From Eledone cirrhosa (Eukaryota), in assembly GCA_964016885.1 (NCBI GenBank), contig OZ024742.1, positions 267,406,001-267,470,000 of the forward strand: DNA of 64,000 bases, in the 5' to 3' direction. The position numbers were made by a program, and so were the translations under genes. The notes under the pieces were generated by a model, which made no database searches, was not told where the DNA came from, and saw only the letters and a list, made by a program, of their open reading frames with translations. Within the stretch, counting starts at the first letter, position 1. Each line of letters starts with the position of its first letter. Below are positions 23,933 through 37,505 of the stretch, one piece after another.

Positions 23933-26900
23933 ATGGCTATGATAAGTGTAGGCTGTTTAAATGCGCGTGGCCTGGGCTCAACTTGGAAGCAAGCAATGCT
24001 TCTAAATGACCTCAGGTCACAACGTATAGATGTGATGGTTATTTGCGAGGCCCGGATCAGCAACGTGCGACAGCTGGCCCCCACCTTTGATGACTTTGAG
24101 ATGCACGCATCTCTCTGTCAGCCCGGAGGTGGGGGTGGGGTTGTCGTTCTGCTGCAAAAACATCTGGGTCTCGCAACACAGAGGGTACATTTGGACCCGG
24201 AGTGTTCTGGACCTTGGCAGTGGTGAAGGCGGAGCGTTTAGGTTGGTAGCCACCTACGGCCCTTTCGGGTCAATGCGGCCGGACTTCTTCCATCGTCTGG
24301 AGACTTTTCTAGGGATGTCCCGCTCCTTGCTATTAGTGGGGGACTGGAATGGTATCCTAGATGCACGCTGCGACTACGTAGAGGCCTGTCCCGATAGAGA
24401 GGGGTGCAATAGCCTCAAAGGGTTAATCGGTCGATTTGACCTGGCCGATAGATATCGACTAGATTTCCGACTGCGCCAACCTGGTCTTGGGCAAATCGTA
24501 GCGGATCATCTAGGTCGTACCTAGATAGGTTCTTAATTAGAATTAAGGATAAGGACTTTTTAAGTTGTCCAAAAATGCGTATGGTTGGCTATTCAGACCA
24601 CAAGTTAGTGACCTGCATGGTCAACCTTGACAGAACTCATAGACAGGGACCCGGTTACTGGAAGCTCAACTTGTCCTTACCGGCAAGTAAGGCTTACAGG
24701 AACCGGATTAGCACTTTAGTTAAGGAGCGGTTGACGGGCTCCATCGTCAACAGCAGGTGGTGGGGATCTCTCAAAAGAGTGATTAGAGTAGTCTCTATAG
24801 AATTTAGTAAGGAGTTAGCCTCTAATAGAAACAGGAAGGAAAGGGAGTTGATAGATAGTGTAGAAGAGGCAATTAGAAGCGGCGACGTGGCCAGAGCGCT
24901 AGCGTCGAGAACGGCCCTGGGCCAGTTCTTCGACGCGAAACACGAAGGCTGCATCGTCCGAAGCAAAATACGTGCCCTGGGAAACGAGGAGACCAAAGCT
25001 GTTAGCTGGGCCCGTGTGACAGAAACCAAAAGAGGGAGCAGATCCACTATCCGGTCTTTCCGAGACCAGGATGGACAGGAGATCCTTGAACCTAAGCAGA
25101 TGTGCGAGGCTTTTCAAAAGCACTTTGCCGGATTGTTCGGAAGGGGCGGGGGGCCGGTTGGGGATGTGGACTTCGGTCCATACGTCGACGGCCTACCGCG
25201 TCTCTCGGACAGGGAGGCGAAGTCCTGCGAGGAGCCGATTTCAGCCCCTGAGATAGAGGACGTGCTGAGCCAATGCGGCAAACGCAAATCCCCGGGTCTC
25301 GATGGTCTTCCATACGAACTATATCTAGCTATGCCGGACTTGTTCCCCGATCTCCTCGAGGCAGTCTACTGCAACTGGCAACAGAACGGGAGAATTCCCT
25401 GTGCTGTGACCAAGGGCGTAGTCACGCTAGTGAGGAAGGACGAGAACAGGGGGGACGATATTAATAATGTCAGGCCCATAACTCTGCTAAATACAGAGTT
25501 ACAGATTTTGGCCAAGGTGTTAGCAAAGAGGTTGGCGCTTGTCGTGGGAAACCTGGTGGGAGATGCGCAGACATATGCTATCCCGTCCAGGTCCATCCAC
25601 GACAACCTCCACCCCATGCGATACATCATAGAGAGGGTTGGGAACGAACCCGGCTTTGGTGGGGCCCTGATCAACTTGGATCAATCTAACGCATTCGATA
25701 GGGTCGACCATGGTTTCCTGGATGCGGTGCTAGCGGCGGCAGGCTTCGGATCCGTTTTCAGGGGCTGGATCAATGCCATGCACAGCAGCCGCATCTGCTC
25801 TAGGGTCAAGGTGAACGGCTACCTCTCGGAGCCGTTCGAAATCGCGCGGTCCATCCGACAGGGGTGCCCTCTCTCCTCCCTTCTGTATGTCATGACTCTA
25901 GAGCCACTGCTGCGGAAGCTGGAGTTGTTGCAGGGCATCCCGTTTGAACCGGGATTACGGAAAGCGGTGTCAGCCTACGCCGATGACGTAACAGTAATGG
26001 TGTCGACGGCCTCGGAAATCGGGGCGATCGGCACCTTACTGGAGGAGTACGAAAGGTTTACAGGGGCTAAGCTGAACCGGGACAAATCGATCGGTCTGCA
26101 ACTCGGCACGTGGAGGGGCAGACCGATGCCCTCCGATGGCGTCGTCGGGCGCTGGACGGAGGGCCCGGTGAAGTTGCTCGGGGTCTGGTTCGGACCAGAC
26201 CTCCAGATGGAGAAGAACTGGGGTGAGGTAACGAACAGGGTGTTTGCACTGATCCAGAAGTGGGCCGAGTGCAAACTGTCCCTGAAAAGACGGGTGGAGG
26301 TGGAGAATACTTATATAGCGTCCGTCATCTACTACCGCCTGACCGTTGTGCCTTGCCCAAGGGAAACGCTCGCCAAAACGGAGCGCGCACTCTTCCAATT
26401 CCTTTGGAAGAAGCGAGCTCCTATGGTGAGGAGATCCATCTGCTGTCAATACCCTTCGAAAGGAGGGCTGGGGATGCCGTGGCTAATGATACGTAAACAC
26501 GCATTAAGGCTACGGCACCTTCAGGTATTCCTCTCCGGTCAACCGGTGTGGGCCCCGTTTGTGAGGAGAGCCTTTCCCAGACTCGTCTCACTCACCGAGC
26601 TGCAATCCTGGGTCAAGCAAAGACCCAGAAAACTGGGCGCCTGGCACACCGAGTGTGCCCAGGCGCTCACGGCTCTCTGGCAGGCGGACCCGGATGTCAG
26701 TAGAGAATCCACCTCGTCATTCTATAGAGGGCTGGTGGAGGCATGCAGGAAGACGAACTGGCAAACCTGTTCGGTAGGACATTCAGCCCGGGACCCATGG
26801 ACAACTTCCAGAGGTCCCTGCCCTGGCAATGCTACAGAAGGGCTCTGCCCGTTCGAGAAAGGCTCTACAGACACGGGCGCCCGGGTAGGGACCCCTCGAA

Positions 26901-27324
26901 AAAGATCTGTCCCAGATGCGTGTGCGACGAGGAAACCGTTGCACACGCATTGGTACACTGCTCGGGCATTGCCGATCTGTGGGGCTATGTCGAACAACTG
27001 CTGTCAAGGGTGGGACCGATCCGGTTGACCACCGAGTCTATTGTAACGATCAAGCCGCCTGCCCTCTTCAAAAACGAAGGAGAGGCGGTGTTTCTGTGCG
27101 TAATAGCCATGGCGAAAGAGGTTGTATGGTGGACGCGTCTGAAAGGACTGAGGTCAGATACCTTTCTCTCTGGCCAACAACTGGTCCGTTTCTTCCGATA
27201 TCATTTCGGAAGAAGGATCAGGATGGAGAGAGAGGTGCTGCACCCCAGCCGTTTTTATGAAAGATGGGTGAAAGTGGCGAGAATGGCCCGTGTGAATGGG
27301 CCTTCACTCTACATCAGACTATAG
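23933..27324 (+). pseudogene. E1 ORF2 APE + reverse transcriptase, about 3 frameshifts
   Basis: LNARGL, GDWN, YLDRF, SDHK, GYWKLN, KSPGLDG, RPITLLN, AFDRVDH, RQGCPLS, YADD, KGGLG, CPRC...ETVAHALVHC. Confidence 0.92.
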
Positions 27325-27587
27325 GTGAGGAAGATGAAAGACCAAGGGAGCACCCCTTCTCTGTGCTCCTGAGGAAAAGGGTTACACATTTTTTTTCGGG
27401 GGTGTGTGCGATCCCCCAAGGCGCCCCCTCTCTATTGAGGATTTTGTTATAAATTTTATTCTGTTATATTTTATTTTATTTTTATATTTTGTTATTGCCT
27501 CCTCCTTATTGAGGACGCCTTGTTTTGTAAACTCCCCCCATTGTACTTGTCCCACTTTTGATGCCCTAGTGGCAAATAAAAGAAACA

Positions 27588-27588
<1 letters not shown>

Positions 27589-27682
<94 letters not shown>
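27589..27682. repeat. (ATCT)n between E1 and E2
   Basis: Direct reading. Confidence 0.98.
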
Positions 27683-27918
27683 TTAACCAACTAGCTGTCG
27701 TCTGTGCGATAGCGTAGACGTAATTCACTTCGCGCAGAAGTTTTGTTCCAATTTATTGCGGAAATTTTGTAAGTTTAATTTTAATTTTGATACTATTGTG
27801 TAGCTTGACCCCCCATCTGAACTGTCAGGCGGTGGGTCAGCTCATTTTCGCCCCTCCCAGGGGTGAAAAACCTGTTTTTAAAAATTTTGTTGCATAAAAT
27901 TTCAATCGTCTGGGAGAA

Positions 27919-29829
27919 ATGTTAAACGAAGCTAACGAAAATAGTGGTGGAGGGACAGCGGTAAGAGTTGTAAGCTCCCACGCTTTAGTCCCCCCCCCCT
28001 TCCTTCCCAACTAACGTCATAGGGAAGGAAAGAAAAAATAAAATAAAAACAGACGAATGTGCGGAGAAAAATGTCGACGAAAACACAAATCTGGAGATTG
28101 ATTCCAACAACAACAAAAATTTGAAAGAATTGCATGACAATATTAATACCACAAACAAAGAAACAACAAACACAAAAATAACATTTGAAAACAACAAAAT
28201 CATAACAGAAAGCAAAACAGACGACAAAGTCAACACCAATAACATCTCATTTGCACAAACAACAAAAAAATCTTTAACATACATACCTGAAAATATTTTA
28301 AATGTGGCACAAAGAATAAAAAACGCCAAACAATTCATAACTCAAGGGGAAAATGGAGCCTTGTCAGTAAAAATGCCCCAAGAACTCACCAAAGATATTG
28401 AAAGTCGGACGGTCGTTTTCCGCACCATCAACAACATCTCAAAAAAGCCACAACAACCAACACAAGCAGAAATTAAAGCGGTACTTAGAGAAGTACTTAA
28501 TGAAGCCACTTTCATAAGAGACAGGCTCTATAGATGCCTGGGCATTATTATGAAGAACGAATTGGCGGCGAAAAAATATGATTTGTCGCCGATTCGTTCG
28601 ACAAATTTTACCTTTTATCCATCTTATATGGGTAAAAGAACTCAGCGCATATGGCTGGATGCGATGATGCCAGATATGGACTACTGCTGGCTCATAGCTG
28701 GCTTCATCGATCCAGCGAATGACAACGTGATTTCCATTGGGAAAACCACAGGCAATGCGTTCAGTGGAACAGGTATAGAACTTGTAGTGCAAATGAAGCA
28801 TGAACGCATTGCCCAAATACCCGACAGAATCCTATTAGAGGGCCACGGGTATATAAACATTAGCGTGGAGGGGAGAAGGCCGTCCTGTCATATATGTGCA
28901 GGCAGAGAGCACCTGAAGGCGGCTTGTCCCCAACTCAACAAGAAGAAAACCCTGCTACCAACACCAGCTCCACCACCACCACAACAGATAAACAAACAAC
29001 AAAACTCAGTCCCACCCAACCCGTCCCTCAGTAAAACTACACCACCACCACAGCACAAACAGACACAACACATTACCCAAAAACAAAACACAGTCCCACC
29101 CAACCCCTCACTCAATAAAACAACACAACAACCGCACCCACAACACACAACACAGTCTAACATAGTGACATCCATCTCCCCCACAAAGAAAACTAACACG
29201 GAAACACTACCAGCAAACATACCTCTTCCCTCCAACACTGAAGATAACCCAACGAATTCGGAGGAAGAAACGGAGTACTTCAGACAAATTAAAAGGAAAA
29301 AAAGAAAACATGTGCAAAACACACAAGGCCAAACAGCCCCTACTCAAATGTCAACACAATCCAACAAAACACAAAACACACCTCCAGCAACAAACAAAAG
29401 CAAACCTGCGCCTCCCCTCTTCGAAACACTCACACCATCCGAAAAAAAGACATTACACTATACTTACATCAACAGAAACAATAATAAATTAAATGAACTC
29501 ATAAACAATAACCCCTCGGTACAAACCGAAGGGGCAAACTTTGTTTCTTCAGAAAACTACCCACAATTAAAATTAATAAAGATCCCAATGAACCTCTACC
29601 AAAAATAAAAAAGTATTTTAAGGAGGACGTAGGACCACCCTCTGTCAAACCCATAAACCGCGTCCTCCTAAAAAGCTTTCCCCCGCCCCTTCCCCTCCCC
29701 AACACAACTCCAAACACCCCAACCCCACCACACATAGACGACCCCACACCACCACAAGACACCCCTTCACCCAACACCCCCGACCCCATGGAAGTCGTAC
29801 GACCCGAACCCCGGGAAGCAGAAAGGTAG
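27919..29829 (+). pseudogene. E2 ORF1
   Basis: 495-aa open segment with CCHC; frameshift near 29605; ends MEVVRPEPREAER*; start position uncertain. Confidence 0.82.
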
Positions 29830-29862
29830 GTCTCTACACTCTCCTTTGTCTTTGCCGCCCAC

Positions 29863-32800
29863 ATGGATGTGTTAAGAGTAGGTTGTTTGAATGCACGTGG
29901 CCTGGGCTCAACTTGGAAGCAAGCAAAGCTTCTAAATGACCTCAGGTCACGTGGTATAAATGTAATGGTTATCTGTGAGACTCAGATCAGCGTCGTACAG
30001 AAGCTGGCCCCCACCTTCGATGACTTTGAGGTGCACGCATCTCTCTGTCAGCCTGGAGGTGGAGTGGGGTTGTCGTACTGCTGGAAAAACACCTGGGTCT
30101 TGCCGTACAGGTTGTTCACTCGGACCCGGAAGGTCGTTTGTTGATGCTAGACGTTGGCAGTAGTGGAGGTGCGGCCTTGAGAATGGTAGCCGTCTACTCC
30201 CCTTTCGGAGCTGAACGACCCGACTTCTTCTAGCGTCTGGAGACTTTTCTGGGAACGTCGCGTTCCCTGCTTCTAGCGGGGGATTGGAATGACATCCTAG
30301 ATGCACGTTGGGATTATGCAGGAGCATGTCCTAATAGAGGGGGGTGTAACAGCCTCAAGGGGTTACTCGACCGTTTTAACTTGGTCGATAGATATCGACT
30401 AGATTTTCCAACTGTGCCAACCTGGACTTGGACGAACCATAGTGGTCAATCTAGATCGTACTTAGATAGATTCTTACTTAGAAGTAAGGATAGGGACATA
30501 TTAAGCTGTCCAGAAATGCTCACGGTTGGCTATACAGATCACAAATTAGTGACCTGCGTAGTCAACCTCGAGAGAACACATAGACAGGATCCCGGTTACT
30601 GGAAACTTAATTTGTCTTTACCGGCAAAAGAGGCTTACAGAGACTGGATTAGCAGATTAGTTAAGGAGAGGTTGACGGGTGCAATCGTCAACAACCGATG
30701 GTGGGCATCTCTCAAAAGAGAGATTAGAACAGAATCAATAAGTTATAGCAAGATGTTAGCTGCCGATAGGAATAGGAACGAGAAAGAATTAACAGGTAAA
30801 TTAGAAGAGGCAATCAAGAGCGAAGATGTGGCCAGAGTGCTGGCATCGAGGACGGCCTTGAGCCAGTTTTTCGATGCAAGGAACGAAGGCTGCGTCATTC
30901 GAAGTAAAATACGTGCTCTAGGTAATGAGGGGGCCAAAGCCATTGGCTGGGCCCGCGTGACAGAAGCTAAGAGTGGAAATCGATCCACCATCCGGTCTTT
31001 GCAGGACGAGAATGGACGCGTGATCCAGCAGCCTAAGCAGAATTGCGAGGCCTTTCAAAGGCACTTTGCCCGATTGTTCGGGGGAGGCGAGGGTCCGGGC
31101 GGGGACGTGGATTTCGGTCCACACCTTGACGGCCTGCCACGTCTCTCAAGCGAAGAGGCAGAGTCCTGCGAGGGACCAATCTCGGCTTATGAGATCGGAG
31201 ATGCGCTGAGCCAATGCAGCAGACGCAAATCTCCAGGTCTCGATGGTATACCTTACGAACTTTATTTAGCAATGCCGGTCTTCTTCTCCGAACTCCTCGA
31301 AGCAGTCTACTGCAATTGGCAGCAGAACGGGAGAATTCCTTGTTCTGTAGCCAAGGGCGTAGTCTCGCTGGTGAGGAAGGACGAGAACAAGGGGGATAGT
31401 ATAAATAATTTTCGGCCCATAGCCCTGCTAAACAAAGAGTTAAAGATTTTGGCCAAGGTGTTAGCAAAGAGGTTGGCGCTTGTCGTGGGTAGCCTGGTGG
31501 GAGATGCGCAGACATGTGCTATCCCATCCAGGTCCATTCACGACAACCTACACCTCATGCGATACATCATAGAGAGGGTTGGCAACAAACCCGGCTTCGG
31601 TGGGGCCCTGATCAGCTTGGATCAGTATAAGGCGTTCGATAGGGTCGACCATGGTTACCTGGATGCGGTGCTAGAGGCGGCTGGGTTCGGTCCTGTTTTC
31701 ACTGCCTTACATAGCAAGCACATCTGTTCTAGGATCAAGGTGAACGGCTACCTTTCGAAGCCGTTCGAAATCACACGATCATTCGACAGGGGTGCCCTCT
31801 CTCCTCCTTTCTGTACGTATTGACTCTCGAGCATTTACTGAGGAAGTTGGAGTTGTTGCAGGGTATCCCCCTGGAACCAGGATTGAGCAAAGCGGTGTCG
31901 GCCTACGCCGATGACGTAACAGTAATGGTAGCGACCGACTCGGAGATCGAGGCGATCGGTACCTTACTGGAGGAATACGAAAGGTTGTCAGGAGCGAACC
32001 TGAACCGGGAAAAATCCATCGGGCTGCAACTCGGAACGTGGAGAGGCAGACCGATGCCTCCCGACGGTGTCGTCGGACACTGGACGGAGGGCCCGGTCAA
32101 GTTGCTTGGGGTCTGGTTTGGACTGGACCTCCAGGTGGAAAAGAACTGGGGCGAGGTTACGAGCAAAGTGTTTGCACTGACCCAGAAATGGGCCAAGTGT
32201 AAGCTGTCCCTGAAAGGTCGGGCGGAGGTGGCGAACATTTACATAGCGTCCGTCACCTACTATCGCCTGACTGTCGTGCCTTGCCCTACGGAAACACTCA
32301 CCACCATGGAACGCATGCTCTTTCAATTTATTTGGAAGAAGCGCCCTCCTATGGTGAGAAGATCCATCTGCTGCCAACAACCTTCGAAAGGAGGGCTGGG
32401 GATGCCGTGGTTGATGATGCGTAGGCACGCATTAAGGCTACGGCACCTACAGATATTCCTCACTGGTCAACCGGTGTGGGCTCCGTTCGTAAGACGAGCC
32501 TTTCCGGGACTCGTCTCGCTCACCGAGCTGCAGTCCTGGGTCAAGCAAAGATCCGGAAAACTGGGCGACTGGCACAGTGAGTGTGCCCAGGCGCTCAGGG
32601 CTCTCTGGCAAGCGGACCCGGCCATCGGTGGAGAATCCACCTCGTCATTCTATAGAGGGCTGGTGGCTAGCAGGGGCGATGACACCCTTGGAGGGTCGCT
32701 GGACATGGAAAAGGACGAACTGGCCAGCCTGTTCGGTAGGACTTTCGGCCCGGGACCAATGGACAACTTCCAGAAGTCACTGGCCTGGCAGTGCTACCGG

Positions 32801-33283
32801 GTGGCTCTACCCGTTCGAGAAAAGCTCTACAGACACGGGCGCCCGGGCAGGGATCCCTCAAAAAAGATTTGCCCTAGATGCGTGCGTCACGAAGAAACCG
32901 TTGCGCGCGCATTGGTGCACTGTCCGGGCGTGGCTGATCTGTGGGGCTACGCCGAACGACTGCTGTCGCGGGTGGCGCCGATTCGATTGACCGCCGAGTC
33001 CGTGATAACAATCAAGCCGCTTCCCCTCTTCACAAAGGAAGCAAAGGCGGTTTTTCTGTGCGTAATAGCCATGTTGAAAGAGGTTATTTTTGTGGACACG
33101 ATTGAAAGGTCTGAGGTCAGGCAACTTCCTTTCTGGCCAGTCTGGTCTACTTCTTCCGATATCACTTCAGAAGAAGGATAAGAATGGAGAGAGGTGCTTG
33201 GCCACAGGCAGTTTTATGAAAGGTGGGTGATAGTGGCGAGAATGGCTCGTGTAAATGGGCCTTCTCTGTATACCATCCTGTAG
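29863..33283 (+). pseudogene. E2 ORF2 APE + RT, disrupted
   Basis: MDVLRVGCLNARGL; ORF segments 30381-31823 and 31820-33181 with YADD. Confidence 0.92.
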
Positions 33284-33499
33284 GTAAAGAAATGAAGGAG
33301 AGGGGAGCACCTTCTCCATGTGCTCCCCGGGCAAAGGATTGCAGACTTTTTCGGGGGTGTGTGCAACTCCATCACGTCCCCTCCTTTTTGAGGTTGTTTT
33401 TGATTATTTTCATTTTATACCCTTTTTACTCGGTTTTATGTAAACTACCCCTTTGTATTTGTCCCTCTTTTTATACCTTTATGGTAAATAAAGAAATAT

Positions 33500-33518
33500 A
33501 TCTATCTATCTATCTATC
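33500..33518. repeat. Short (ATCT)n between E2 and E3
   Basis: Direct reading. Confidence 0.9.
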
Positions 33519-36291
33519 CGCTGATGGACACATGTGTTAAACTTTCCCGGTAAGTTTTGTTTAAATTTCTTTAGAAATTCGTTATTGTGAGCTTTTATTT
33601 TTATACCAATTTGTAGAGGGACTGACAGGTGAAATTTTGATCTGCCCCTCATGGCAAAATCATCTAACATATTTTCGAAAATATTTTTGCAAAACACTTC
33701 AATTTTTTAAAAATCGCCGAAGCAACGGCACCTACTTCTTTGTCAAAACAAGAAGATGGGAAGGGAAAGCCATGCCTACTTGACCAGCAGGTAGTAGCAG
33801 ACATGGACAAAGGAATGCCAACATTATCGCCTGAACATTTAGAAGAGGAACAAGGTTCAGCTGATTGTAAGCAACTGAACACGCCTGACGCCACAAGCGT
33901 CACATGTATCCACACACAGAAGGAAGTATATTTAGCAAATACTAACACCACCTCAAGCAACAACAACAACACAATAAATGAGAACAACAACAACACAACA
34001 AAAGGAATCAGCGGCAACATAACGAATGAGACCATCATCACCACCAACAACAACAATAACAAAATTTCATTTGCAGTAACCAGATTTTAAATATTATTCC
34101 ATGGACATTTCCCAAAAGTCCCAATATTTGGAAGAAGCTTCCAACTATGTGACGTTTGAGGGAGACACCCCACACATACACATACCCCCACAAGTAAGAG
34201 AAATGACACAGAAAAAGAAACTAATTTATAGAACAGTTGACATCATTACCAAAAACCCATAACGCTCCCAACAAGCACTATTGAAGTTGCACTAAAAGAT
34301 ATCAAGCCAGACGTGGCATACCTCCAAAGAGGTGAACAGTATGGAAGTGTGTCAGTGCTCTTTAAGGGCGAAACTCTGGCACAAAAACACTCGGTTCACC
34401 CAATAAAAACGGATCAACACATCTCCTTCCCCACATACATGGGAAGAGGTCCTAAAAAATAAAAATAACCAGGATCCCAGCAGAGGTCAACATATGGTGG
34501 TTCCTACGCTGCACCCTGAAGAAGGATGAGGACACCCTCCTAACTGTAGACAGGACAGACCGGCATAACTGGTTTGGAACCTGCATCGAGGTTCTGGTAC
34601 AAATGAGGCCAGAGAAAGTTGAGAAAATACCGGACAGGATCGTCCTTGAGGAAGATGTCATCTGCATTTTAGTGGAGGGGTAAATACCTCAGTGCCATAA
34701 GTGTGGGAAAACACTTAAAGGCCTTTTGCACTCTCTTAAACAAACCGAGGACAAACAAAGTGTTATTACCAACACCAAAACCCCAACATCAACAAAACCC
34801 CAACCCAAAACACCCAAAACACCAAAACCCCAACCCTAAACACAACACAAAAACCTGCAACATCCACTCCCACACCACCACAGACCAGAGACAACCACAC
34901 ACACAAAGTCCCATTGAAAAACCCTCCATTGCCCCCTCCCTCCCTGTCAAATACTTCCACAAACACCTGCACAAACACTCCACCACACAACATACCCCTC
35001 CCATCTACCGATAATTGAGAAGTCTCAGACACAGGAACCTCTACATCTCCAAGTGAGAAGGAAGAGGAACCCTAAAAACCCAAAAAACAAAAAAGACACA
35101 AAGAAGACACAAAAACGTCTACAGAAAACACGCACACACACATCAACCCCACCATAAACACACTGCCACAAACGACAAACACACCAACAACACAATCACC
35201 ACCAACACAACCAAACACTTCACCAACAAAACAAACACCCACACCACCACAATCACAAACCCCAACCATAAAAAGAAAACTACAAACAGAAACAGTACAC
35301 ATAAAAAACAAACCACATTACACACACATAAAAACAAGAAACAAAGAACTGGTGGAAACTGTCCGTAAGAACCCCACAATACAAACGGAACGGAAAACCT
35401 TCCCCACCAATGACCCACCCCCAAACCTCAAACTTATCAGGGTAACAACCCTACAGTATGAAACTTTAAAAGAGAACTTTCCACATGATGTGGGCCTCCC
35501 TTGCCAAAAGCCACTTAACCGTGTCCTGCTAAAATGATTCCCTCCCTCGCAAAACACCACCAATCTGGACATGGAGATCGAACAACCCGACCTCCAGGAA
35601 ACGAAAAAGTAAGTGTTCCTGCCTTTTCTCTCCTTAACTCTTCTTCACCAACAAGGCGACTATACAAGTTCGATGTTTGAATGTACGTTGCCTTGGCATG
35701 TCCTGGAACCAGGGCCAGCATTTAAATGATCTCAGGTCACATTTTATAGATGTGATAGCCATCACCGAGTCCAGGATTCATGACAAGCAGCAGCAAACCC
35801 CCATGTTCGATGATTTTGAGATCTACGCATCTCTCTGTCAGCAAGGAGGTGGAGGTGGGGGTTGCTGTTCTGTTTCGAACAACCGGCATCTCAAAATACA
35901 GACGATTTACTTGGACCTGGAGGGTAGCCTGGTGGTCCTGTACGTGAATGGTAATGAAGGTGGAGCTTTCAGACTGGTGGCCGTATATGCTACGACTGGG
36001 ACATCGCGACCAGAGTTCTTCAAGCGTCTGGAGCCATTCCTAGGAACGCCTCGCTCCTTAGTGTTAGCGGGGGACTGGAATGGTATCTTAGACGCCCGTT
36101 GGAACTATGTAGGAGCTTGTGATAATAGAGGGAGGTGTAATAGCCTCAAAAATGGATAGGTGTGACGACGTTCTCGGGGAAACTCTAGGCATCGAGGAAG
36201 ACGAACTGACCAGTCTGTTCGGGAGGACTTTCCGTCCAGGGCCTATGGATAACTTCCAGAGGTCTCTGACCTGGCAGTGCTACCGAGGACT
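33519..36291 (+). mobile_element. Tx1/L1-group element E3, degenerate, large ORF2 deletion and 3' truncation
   Basis: 5'UTR like E1; FPTYMG, CHKCGK; APE segment 35677-36150 joined to the C-terminal region GPMDNFQRSL. Confidence 0.88.
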
Positions 36292-37185
36292 GTCCAAGGC
36301 AGCTGTAAGTAGCGGTAAGGTAATTGAAGCATAGTAACAGATATGATAGACCCCAGAAACTTGCTTTCTTATCCGATAGCTGCCCCATTTCCGTGCTTTC
36401 TACATTTCTTAGTGGTATCTCTGCTTTAATTTCTCGTATATCAGTATTTATTGGGGGGGGGGGGGGGGGGATTCTGAATTAATTTTCCGTATCAATTTTT
36501 TATATACTTCGTACAAGCATTTATGTAGTTTACACTAGAATTTTTGTATCGTAGCGCACCCTTAGAGATAGTATTAGTATTCATTTTCGGGATTCTGAAT
36601 TATTATTTCGTATTAGTTTATTTTTTGCACTGGGTGGTTGCTGGCCTTGTGCCTAGGGTAGAAACAATTATTTCGTATTAGTTTCAGGACTCTGAATTAT
36701 TATTTCGTGGTAGTTTCTTTAGTATTTTGGTCCCCCACTTGTTGACCTGTCACCGTAAGATATACTCGGTTGATTACTATTAAGTCTTAAAATGGTCTCA
36801 TTACAATTCCGTCCCACCTAGTAAATTTTCTATAGTTTAGCAGTACCAGTGAGAGACTTGATGGCTGTCGTTAGGGAATAGTCACCAGAAATTGTTTTTT
36901 TATATTTTTAACATTCTTGGTATTCTTCTATATATTTACTCCATATTGATTTACTTATTGTTTCGACTTCCTCCCCCTGACCAGTATACTTGCTTGACCT
37001 CCTGCCCTGCTGTAGTTGGCACTATCAATGCACAACTGGGTTTCCTCCACTCCCTCTCCCTCTTTCTTCTACTGGTAGGTTCAGCTACCCCTTCCTTCCA
37101 CAAATTGCCATGATAGAATTATGTGTCTCAACAACAAACTTTTGACCGATCCTTATGACAATCACTTTTACCATATATGGAATTA

Positions 37186-37280
37186 CCCCCCTGAGAAGCT
37201 CGGCTATTCATATACCAGGATAAAAATGTTCATTTAGTCCAGAACTAGTCGTCGAAACGGCTTGAGCTCAGCCGCCGGGG
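37186..37280 (+). ncRNA. Degenerate hammerhead with long stem II (family also at 45563-45600 and 61098-61135, minus strand)
   Basis: cccc CUGAGAA g...c GAAA cggc-uugagcuca-gccg CC gggg; sister copies show GUC at the cleavage site. Confidence 0.55.
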
Positions 37281-37432
37281 TCCTACTCGTTCCTATATAT
37301 ATATATATATTGTGATATATATATATTTATTATTTTTCCCTTTACATTACATCCGTTATTTTATTTCAGCCTCTCTCTCAATTGATCTAGACTTTGTTTT
37401 GAAATCCATATCTCAGATCCATTTTAAATAAA

Positions 37433-37505
37433 TTTTTATCTGACGACCGAAGTCAGACGTCCGTGTCAGGCACGTCTGTCTTCGTGAAACATTTGGTAAA
37501 TGAAA
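37433..37505 (+). ncRNA. Hammerhead ribozyme candidate with long stem II
   Basis: uuuuau CUGACGA c cgaag-u-cagacgu...acgucug-u-cuucg u GAAA c-auuug-g UA a augaaa. Confidence 0.55.

Larger units (their letters stand above)
21728..27588 (+). mobile_element. Tx1/L1-group non-LTR retrotransposon E1, full length
   Basis: ORF1 with CCHC knuckle, ORF2 APE-RT-zinc motif, AATAAA at 27575, then (ATCT)n. Confidence 0.93.
27683..33499 (+). mobile_element. Tx1/L1-group element E2, full length
   Basis: ORF1 (28121-29608 open, CHICAGREHLKAACP), ORF2 APE-RT, AATAAA at 33487, then (ATCT)n. Confidence 0.93.

Noticed and set aside
24694-26997. Antisense and alternative-frame ORFs over Tx1 ORF2
   Set aside because: Expected shadows of a GC-rich coding sequence
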